Shown one piece after another: positions 57,133-64,000 of a stretch of DNA of 64,000 nucleotides. How positions within the stretch are numbered: the first letter of the stretch is position 1; every line of letters begins with the position of its first letter. The translations under genes and the position numbers were made by a program. The stretch comes from a virus. The stretch lies in IMG/VR virus record IMGVR_UViG_3300019766_000011, positions 5,668-69,667 of that record. One strand, 5' to 3'. The notes beneath the pieces are model-generated. The model saw nothing but the letters and a program-made list of their open reading frames with translations, made no database searches and had not been told where the DNA came from.

Positions 57133-58185
57133 TTATAGATCAGGGATCGACTTGTCAAGTCTTTGCTCATGAAATTTAGCTAATCGGATAGAACCTTGTG
57201 AGCCAATACACAAACCTTTTATCTTAAAAACTGTTCCCAATACTTGAGCCGGGTCTTCTAGCCACTCTCTACGCATTGAATCAGTTGCACAACCGTCAAT
57301 AGTTAGAAAAGAATCCGGTTGGCTTTTATCTTCGAAAGCTTTCCAACGGAATATTAGTTTATTAACCATTCCTTCACGTTTAGTCCCTACATCCCCGGCT
57401 TCATAACCTACACATTCCAAATCAATATCATAATTACTTACAATTTTAAAAGAAGTGTGATCTTTACGGCCAGCAACCCATCCAGCTTCTTCTAACTTAG
57501 CTACAATACCTTCTTCACCTTTAGCTATTACTTTTTCAGACATTTCAATTATATGATCAAGATCTACATGGTATTGACCTAGTACACGGGATAGGAATAT
57601 TACTTGATTACCCCAACCTTCGCTAGTAAGACCTTGTACTACATTCTCACGTCTTTTCCAAAAAGGTGTTAAGCTGATACCTTCATTAAACTGATCTAGG
57701 GTTACTACATCAAATAGTCGTAAATAAGTATGTTCATTTGCTTCGATTTCATCGAAGTGGATACGATCACCTACATCATGTCCCGGATTCTTCGCAGTAG
57801 CTTTCTTAGCCTTAGTCGCGATACCGTCACTTAATGGTTTCTTACGGCTAGACTTGTACATAGCCCCAAGCTCTTCTAAGCTCACAGTATCGTTAACAAG
57901 TTCACCCATAACCACTTGGGCACCTTTAAGGCTGAAACCCTCCTCTAGGCCCTGTACGATTCGATCAACGTGTACTAACTCATTACCAGTACGTGACCAA
58001 CCACCTTGGCAAGTCCCATCTTCATTAAGCACCCAGAAAGAGTAGATACCATCTTCTTTAATCTCAACAGTATACTCATCAGAAGATGTAGCAGCTTGTG
58101 CTTTCTTACGGCAGTCTTTCAAGTGCTTAACTAATTGAACTACTTTGTTAGCCTTGCGAGAGCAGTTTTCAATAGACCACTTCAT
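57133..58185 (-). CDS. ATP-dependent DNA ligase
   Basis: EIKEDG, SRTG, MGEL, LFDV, EEGIVAK, GRK..FK, OB-fold with R.DK. Confidence 0.9.
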   Translation of the reverse strand: MKWSIENCSRKANKVVQLVKHLKDCRKKAQAATSSDEYTVEIKEDGIYSFWVLNEDGTCQGGWSRTGNELVHVDRIVQGLEEGFSLKGAQVVMGELVNDTVSLEELGAMYKSSRKKPLSDGIATKAKKATAKNPGHDVGDRIHFDEIEANEHTYLRLFDVVTLDQFNEGISLTPFWKRRENVVQGLTSEGWGNQVIFLSRVLGQYHVDLDHIIEMSEKVIAKGEEGIVAKLEEAGWVAGRKDHTSFKIVSNYDIDLECVGYEAGDVGTKREGMVNKLIFRWKAFEDKSQPDSFLTIDGCATDSMRREWLEDPAQVLGTVFKIKGLCIGSQGSIRLAKFHEQRLDKSIPDL

Positions 58186-58324
58186 TTAACCTCCTCAATT
58201 TTCAATTTTTTATCATTAGGTTTGTTAAAGATACAACCATCACATCCTTCATCAGGACATTCACTATTAAGTGATACAGTTTCACAAAACTCTTCAATAG
58301 TCTCAGAACTTACCGCAATAATCA

Positions 58325-58795
58325 TTAAATCATCCCCTCATTTAAGTTAGCAACATCAGTATCGGTAAGGTCAATAAGCTCCACCTCACCTACTGCGTAT
58401 AATGTACCACGAGTAGAACGTAGTTGTCTATAAATATGATCCATAGATGTTTGACTAACAGGTTGTAATACTTGTATTACTGTAGACATATACATCTCTG
58501 AATGCTCATTATTAGATTCTTCTAAATGTGTATGCATCGTAGGTGATAAGTCATCTTCTTCCAAATCAACCTCAATAACTTCATCTTCAAGTATAGGAAC
58601 AGAGGGATCATAGTCACTGATACTATCACCAGTGTCTTCGTCATCATCAAGATCAGATTCCATATCAAGATAAATGTCATTTTCATCATCAATAGTTTCA
58701 TCTACCTCTACCTCTACCTCTTTAAATTCGCTATCGGTAGTGTCCTCTATTTCTGGATCATCGTCAAGCCAATCAAAATCTTTATCATCTACCAT
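58325..58795 (-). CDS. very acidic hypothetical protein
   Basis: D/E-rich N-terminal ~85 aa. Confidence 0.65.
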   Translation of the reverse strand: MVDDKDFDWLDDDPEIEDTTDSEFKEVEVEVDETIDDENDIYLDMESDLDDDEDTGDSISDYDPSVPILEDEVIEVDLEEDDLSPTMHTHLEESNNEHSEMYMSTVIQVLQPVSQTSMDHIYRQLRSTRGTLYAVGEVELIDLTDTDVANLNEGMI

Positions 58796-58797
58796 TG

Positions 58798-59613
58798 TTA
58801 GTTACTCCCTAAATACTTCATATGCTCTGAGATCGTCTTAACAAATTGCACACCCGGAGTAAAGTGAAACCCTTCAAGCGGTCGATCATTATGACCAAAT
58901 AGGTCAATAAGTAAATAGTCTTGGAAGTCAGCTGCTTTATCCTTGAAGTTCTCTAGTGTTGAGTCGTTTTTAACGATAGCTGTTAATTTACTACGATCAA
59001 GACCTTGTTCTGAGATATGTCCGGTAACTGCTGTTGCTATACCTTGATCCTCTACACGATCAATCCCTAACACAAAACAATCATTATTAGTAAACCATTC
59101 AAGCTCATTAGGGAATCGTACATCTGTAACAATTAGAAGTGGAATATACGTTGGTATTAAATCTACCCAGATACTCTCACTAATTTCACGACCAAATTCA
59201 GTACCAAACCATTGATAAGCTTGACGAGGTGATACTACATAAGCGTTATCACTACTACTAATTGCGAATACTTCACAGAAATGAGATAGAAGGTTTTCAG
59301 AACCAAATCCAGTATCTTCTGCAATTACACCGAATCGTTCATCTAAAACTATAGCTAATTCAGCAGCCCAATTAGATTTAAGTTCGACATTAACAACTGT
59401 TTCTTTGAGGTGACCTTCAGAATGACGTTCATCCCAACCAAATAACCCATTAATAACTTCTTTGATAGGTTGTGCCATTGCATATTTCTTCCATTGTGGA
59501 TTAGCTGCAATCATTTCATCTGCAAATGTATCCTTACCACATCGAGCATTACCGATACGTTCACCAGATTGAGTTAGTAGCGAACCGTAAAGACCTACGA
59601 TAATTTTAGACAT
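58798..59613 (-). CDS. deoxynucleoside monophosphate kinase
   Basis: ARCGKDT, PRQ..QWFGTEFGR, VTDVRFPNE, HISE. Confidence 0.9.
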   Translation of the reverse strand: MSKIIVGLYGSLLTQSGERIGNARCGKDTFADEMIAANPQWKKYAMAQPIKEVINGLFGWDERHSEGHLKETVVNVELKSNWAAELAIVLDERFGVIAEDTGFGSENLLSHFCEVFAISSSDNAYVVSPRQAYQWFGTEFGREISESIWVDLIPTYIPLLIVTDVRFPNELEWFTNNDCFVLGIDRVEDQGIATAVTGHISEQGLDRSKLTAIVKNDSTLENFKDKAADFQDYLLIDLFGHNDRPLEGFHFTPGVQFVKTISEHMKYLGSN

Positions 59614-59614
59614 A

Positions 59615-59857
59615 TTAATACTCCTTTAATTTTAGTAACAAAACTTCTTCAGCTGCACATACATCTATAAGTCTTTTTAATTCTGATTTTAGATTACGTA
59701 GCTCAGGTGTGATAACTACAGATAATACTTCTAACTCATTTTCAAACTGTGCTTTACGTATACGGGTATCATCAAGCATACGGTCTAAATCTAGATTGAT
59801 CGACTTAGTTTTTATTGCAATCTCTCCAAAAGTTTCCTGTTCATGTTGATCTGTCAT
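59615..59857 (-). CDS. hypothetical coiled-coil protein
   Basis: ORF with GAGGAGG SD. Confidence 0.6.
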   Translation of the reverse strand: MTDQHEQETFGEIAIKTKSINLDLDRMLDDTRIRKAQFENELEVLSVVITPELRNLKSELKRLIDVCAAEEVLLLKLKEY

Positions 59858-59906
59858 ATAACCTCCTCAGGTTGTGAAGGGAGAGAATTAACTCTCCCAG
59901 AGTGTG

Positions 59907-61640
59907 TTAGCCCTCGCAAGCTACACAGGTTGCCTTAGCTGCCTGTATACCTGCAAGTGCTCGCATATAATACAAAGTTTTAATCCAATCATTAAGCATT
60001 GCTGATTGAACGATTTGTTGAATAACCTCTTCCTCTTCATCTGCTGAGAAGAATAAGTTAATACTTTGTGCCTGACATATTTGAGTCTGTCGTTGTGCAG
60101 CTAACCGAATAATAACATTCTGATCAATCTCATATGCCGTTAAGAATACTCGTTTCTCGTGATCTGATAACCAATCCAACTGCTGAACTGATCCATAATG
60201 CTCAATGATACTATCAATAAGATCATTCTGCTGTTCTTCAGTATCCCACATCCCCTTTGATTTAGCTAGTGCTAAAAAGCTAGGGTTAATACGTTGTATT
60301 TCACCTGCACTTGTAGGCTGGTTATATACAGCAGCTACTACAGGTTCAATACCTTGGCTAACACCACCACATAGTAAACTAGAACTTGTGTTAGGTGCAA
60401 TAGCTAATCGGTGAGTATTACGTACACCGTAACCTTTACACCATTCAGGTTCCCCAAGTTCCTTAGCCATCCACTGAGATGCACGTAGAGATTCTTTATT
60501 CAAGTGCTTAAAGATCTCACCATTTGCATATACAGCTTCTAAGCTATCCATAGGGATACTACGGTCTTGTAAATAAGTATGGAACCCTAACGTACCTAGT
60601 CCTAATGCACGACCCTTCTCAGTGAATCGTACAGCTTTCTCAAGTCCTTCCTTCTTCTTGCCTGATTGGATAAACAATTCTGCCATACAATCCAAGAAAA
60701 TAGTAGCCCAGAACACAGCATCTGTATCTTTCCATTCATCATACTTAGCTAAGTTCATTGAAGAGAGGACACAAGTAAATGTGTGATCAGCATCAGAGAA
60801 TAAAGTAATCTCCGTACAAAGGTTAGAAGCCTTAACAACTAATCCCCGGTTCTTATACATATCCGGACTAAGGTCATTAACAGTATCAATCTTAAAGAAG
60901 TATCCACGCCCTGTTAGACGTTTCAATTCCATAACATCCATCCAACGCTCATTAAGCTCAGGATCACCAGCTTCTAAACGATCAATAGCATCACGAAAGA
61001 ATACCCAACCAATATTATTACTATCTGGACTATCTTTAACATTCTTCAGAATTTCATGGAAGTCATCTGATTCAAAATCTACATAGTAAGATACAGCACC
61101 ACGTCTGTTACCTTGACTCACATCTTTAGCTGATTGAATTAAGCCTTTGATAACGGGTAATGCACCACTAGCTTTACCACCAGCACTAATACTAGCACCA
61201 CGAGGACGGATATTTGTAAGATTATAGCTAGTACCAAATCCATTCTTAGTTAGACATTCCATCTCTAAACGGGAAGCACCCATTCCATAAATAGAATCCT
61301 GAATATCCCCACCGCTACAACTTACAGATTCACCACGGTTAGTACCTGTATTTGCAAGAACTGGTGTACTCCCAGCAAGCCAACCATTCCATAACAACTC
61401 AAAGAATTTATCAAAAGATGTTGCTCTTCGTTTTAAAGGTAACATTTTAGCAGCTGTTTTAGCTACTCGTGTAAAGCAATCTCTTACAGTCTCCCCTTCG
61501 TATTGGTATGCATCTTTAAACAATTGGTAACCGCCTGATGTATACCAAGAAGGTGCTGTACCATCTTCAATAGCTTTTACTCGTTCTGCTTTTAAACTTG
61601 CTAATGCTGTTACACTAATCTTTGCTACTTCTTTTGACAT
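59907..61640 (-). CDS. nrdA: class I ribonucleotide reductase alpha subunit (no ATP cone)
   Basis: STPVLAN, VSC, RRGA, SNLCTEI, IAPNTSSS, GIEP, QSIN, LYY, C-terminal CVACEG. Confidence 0.95.
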   Translation of the reverse strand: MSKEVAKISVTALASLKAERVKAIEDGTAPSWYTSGGYQLFKDAYQYEGETVRDCFTRVAKTAAKMLPLKRRATSFDKFFELLWNGWLAGSTPVLANTGTNRGESVSCSGGDIQDSIYGMGASRLEMECLTKNGFGTSYNLTNIRPRGASISAGGKASGALPVIKGLIQSAKDVSQGNRRGAVSYYVDFESDDFHEILKNVKDSPDSNNIGWVFFRDAIDRLEAGDPELNERWMDVMELKRLTGRGYFFKIDTVNDLSPDMYKNRGLVVKASNLCTEITLFSDADHTFTCVLSSMNLAKYDEWKDTDAVFWATIFLDCMAELFIQSGKKKEGLEKAVRFTEKGRALGLGTLGFHTYLQDRSIPMDSLEAVYANGEIFKHLNKESLRASQWMAKELGEPEWCKGYGVRNTHRLAIAPNTSSSLLCGGVSQGIEPVVAAVYNQPTSAGEIQRINPSFLALAKSKGMWDTEEQQNDLIDSIIEHYGSVQQLDWLSDHEKRVFLTAYEIDQNVIIRLAAQRQTQICQAQSINLFFSADEEEEVIQQIVQSAMLNDWIKTLYYMRALAGIQAAKATCVACEG

Positions 61641-62713
61641 TAAAATGAACCTCCTTTACGTTCTGCTTTAGGAACCCAACGGAATCCCTTACGGTTTACT
61701 TTACGGTTATACTCATTACCAACACCCGGAGTAAAGAAATCTTTAAACTGAACTGAGTTAATACCTTTGTAGAACCACTTCTCAATAGGGTTTTCATCCA
61801 CAGAGAAAATTTCTTTATGTCCTAAACCTTGTAGGCAAAGATTCAAGCGACTCTTAATAAAGGTGTTAAGTTCCCATTCATTAATACCTTCGATAAGTCC
61901 TTTCTCGAAAATCTTATCTACTATCAAAGACTCATGATTTGATAGTTGAATTGCAGCCTCTATCATTTTAGCTTCATAGTAATTTTTAATCTCTAATTCT
62001 TTATCAGGGTTAAGATTTATTACTTCCTTAATCAAAGATTTGTAAGCAGCAGCTCCTCCCATTGAATGAAGATTCTCATCTCGTACTGAGAAGTTAATAC
62101 CAGAAAGTAAAGCTGGAAGCTTGTTCTTACCTTCACTTTGGAAATGCTTTAAGAATGCAAAGCTAGAGTATAGTATTGCACCTTCAACCATTGAAAAGAC
62201 ACCTAGTGATACTAAAGGATCTTTGTGATTAATTTTCTTGTCCAGCCACTCTACACGAGATGTTAATATCGGGTCACGTAGGTATCGAGTATAAAACTCA
62301 CGATTAGCTTCATGTACTATCTTATCCAATTCAGAATAGAATATTGTATGAATATTAGATTCAAAGAATGAGAAAGCATTACCCATGGTTCTTAGGGAAG
62401 GGCGTGGAAACATACGCTTAAATCTACCGCCCCAGTACTCATCACCTGCAAATACTTCATATTTAGTAAATAGACCTGTAACAGTATTCACACCATGCTT
62501 CTCAGCTTCTGTACACTCTACTAAGAAGTTTTGGAGATCACTTGATACATCCATCTCATCTGGTGGCCAAAAGAGACTACGTTGCTCTCTAGCAGCTTCC
62601 ATAGCCCAAGGATAATCATTTACGATATATTCTTCTTCTTTCTGCATCATTTGTGGGTAACATTCGATACCTAAATCTTCATTACGAAAGGCATTGCCTA
62701 ATACATCACTCAA
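61640..62713 (-). CDS. nrdB: class I ribonucleotide reductase beta subunit
   Basis: FWPPDE, E..H..Y, VEG.ILYSSF, DENLH, DFF. Confidence 0.93.
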   Translation of the reverse strand: MSDVLGNAFRNEDLGIECYPQMMQKEEEYIVNDYPWAMEAAREQRSLFWPPDEMDVSSDLQNFLVECTEAEKHGVNTVTGLFTKYEVFAGDEYWGGRFKRMFPRPSLRTMGNAFSFFESNIHTIFYSELDKIVHEANREFYTRYLRDPILTSRVEWLDKKINHKDPLVSLGVFSMVEGAILYSSFAFLKHFQSEGKNKLPALLSGINFSVRDENLHSMGGAAAYKSLIKEVINLNPDKELEIKNYYEAKMIEAAIQLSNHESLIVDKIFEKGLIEGINEWELNTFIKSRLNLCLQGLGHKEIFSVDENPIEKWFYKGINSVQFKDFFTPGVGNEYNRKVNRKGFRWVPKAERKGGSF

Positions 62714-63106
62714 CTAATTACCCTCCAATGCGATACGTTCTTCTTCGGTATTACGATTAACGGCATCTTCATTATTGAATCCATTAGGGTATCGTTTAGT
62801 TAGTTTACGTTGGACAGCTTTTTGACTATCTTCTAAATCAAATCCAGCAGCTTTAGCAAATAACTGTGCATAAAATAGAACATCACCAACTTCTTCTTTA
62901 CCATTAGTAAAGTCTAAAGGTGCTCCATAATAAATATGACGTTTAAGCATATCCGCTAACTCACCTACTTCTGTTAAAAGTCCTGTGATTGCATGTTGCA
63001 TATCGAGAACAGCAGGGTTAGCTGTCATACGTTCTGCAATAGCTTTATAGTCTTTAGATTTAAGACGATCTACAAGATCTTCAAATGTTTCATTAAATTC
63101 AGGCAT
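62714..63106 (-). CDS. mazG: MazG-like nucleotide pyrophosphohydrolase
   Basis: GL..EVGEL.D..K..EEVGDVLFY..KL.KRYP.GF. Confidence 0.88.
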   Translation of the reverse strand: MPEFNETFEDLVDRLKSKDYKAIAERMTANPAVLDMQHAITGLLTEVGELADMLKRHIYYGAPLDFTNGKEEVGDVLFYAQLFAKAAGFDLEDSQKAVQRKLTKRYPNGFNNEDAVNRNTEEERIALEGN

Positions 63107-63132
63107 ATTTACTCCTCAGTTAAGTTATTAAA

Positions 63133-64000
63133 TTATTTGTAATTAGTACAAACATGGTTGTTGATCAATTGACGGTGTTGAATCCATCCTTTGAAGTTAC
63201 CAGACCAGAAGTTACCTTCACGATCTTGGTGTGTTTTACCTTTTTCCCATCCATCACCTTTAGTCATTGTGTTTCGACTTAACTGATGCATAGGTGTAGC
63301 CTGATGCTCAAAAGGACTTGCATGTACAGGAGTCATATTAACAAGCATTTCCCAAATCTTCAAGGCTTTTTCTAAACTATCGTCATTCTTACGATAAGAA
63401 ACTTGAGCACAACATGATGCAGAGATTTTCAAAGCTTCTTCCAATGTAAGATCCGTTTGATCTTCATCATCTAAACTATACATTTCATTACCATATTCAG
63501 GACAAACATAAGTAACTACATAAGGAAGATGCCATTGGCCCGGTGATAGTTCTTGAGCAACTGTATTTGTATCTGCTTCATACATCTTTTCAGCAAGTAC
63601 ACGGATCTCTGGCTGTGCATCTGTATGGCAACGTAACCAATAGAAGTTATCCATCTCTGTAGCAGTTACAATTGTTTTCATCATTTGAAAAGGTTCAAGA
63701 ACACGGTTTACAATTTGTTTATGCAATCCTAGATTACGTAAGTAATTAGCACTATCTACTGCATCTTCAGAAGCGTATCCCCATTGTGCGATACAATCAC
63801 TAGGATTGACATGTAACTCTTTAGCTTGCATACCTGATTGGTTAAGACCCCACTGAACAGGTACTGCTGGATTAGCTAATACATTATCCATCATTGCTTG
63901 AATAGGAATTGCTCGTGAACTTGCAGCATTACGACTGAACATACGATGAGTCATTAACTCACCATGGATGAATCGTGGATACTCTAATTCAAAAGTAATG
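63133..64000 (-). CDS. thyX: flavin-dependent thymidylate synthase ThyX (5' end outside window)
   Basis: Frame open to window end: FELEYPRFIHGELMTHRMFSRNAASSRAIP; HKQIVNR; AQPEI; HASPFEH. Confidence 0.9.
   Translation of the reverse strand, partial: ITFELEYPRFIHGELMTHRMFSRNAASSRAIPIQAMMDNVLANPAVPVQWGLNQSGMQAKELHVNPSDCIAQWGYASEDAVDSANYLRNLGLHKQIVNRVLEPFQMMKTIVTATEMDNFYWLRCHTDAQPEIRVLAEKMYEADTNTVAQELSPGQWHLPYVVTYVCPEYGNEMYSLDDEDQTDLTLEEALKISASCCAQVSYRKNDDSLEKALKIWEMLVNMTPVHASPFEHQATPMHQLSRNTMTKGDGWEKGKTHQDREGNFWSGNFKGWIQHRQLINNHVCTNYK

Noticed and set aside
18674-62615. Antisense or off-frame ORFs in the track (e.g. 18674..19129, 26859..27128, 44158..44433, 48704..49069, 50105..50467)
   Set aside because: Shadows of well-supported genes on the other strand or frame.
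62714-64000. Modified-base (dZ/dU) genome pathway
   Set aside because: MazG, ThyX, dCMP deaminase and dNMP kinase fit ordinary dNTP supply; no PurZ or base-modifying enzyme seen in this window.
1-64000. Stop-codon reassignment or prophage status
   Set aside because: Long genes are intact under code 11 and all three stops are used; no integrase, repressor or host flanking genes seen.

Overview
The whole window is one AT-rich double-stranded DNA phage genome segment: a contractile-tailed phage (myovirus). The host is probably a gammaproteobacterium, inferred from the gamma-type SspB gene and Fur-like boxes. No integrase or repressor is recognisable. Layout: (1) 1-11.7 kb, minus strand: replication arm (thioredoxin, dCMP deaminase, T7-like family A DNA polymerase, Dda/RecD-like helicase, SspB adaptor, stand-alone primase, SleB-like hydrolase, HAD phosphatase). 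(2) 11.8-18.7 kb: a plus-strand island of small early genes with sigma70 promoters. Its flanking non-coding blocks hold 18-bp direct repeats, clustered Fur-box-like sites and G-tract/pyrimidine tracts, and a tRNA-like element lies inside it; it may be a long terminal repeat. (3) 18.7-24.4 kb, minus strand: accessory genes including an Rnl2-like RNA ligase. (4) 24.8-28.4 kb: a TV-Pol-like polymerase, a tiny acidic ORF and a short T7-like RNA polymerase. (5) 28.6-54.5 kb: complete head, neck, contractile tail, baseplate and fibre module plus a holin. (6) 54.5-64 kb, minus strand: endolysin, DNA ligase plus a degenerate ligase, dNMP kinase, NrdAB, MazG and ThyX. Most notable: the TV-Pol/RNAP operon with a duplicated origin-like element, Fur-box arrays around the early island, several non-structural genes carrying apparent fragments of virion or packaging proteins (possible decoys), an anticodon-less tRNA-like element and a phage SspB. 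All family calls come from motif recognition by eye; no searches were run.
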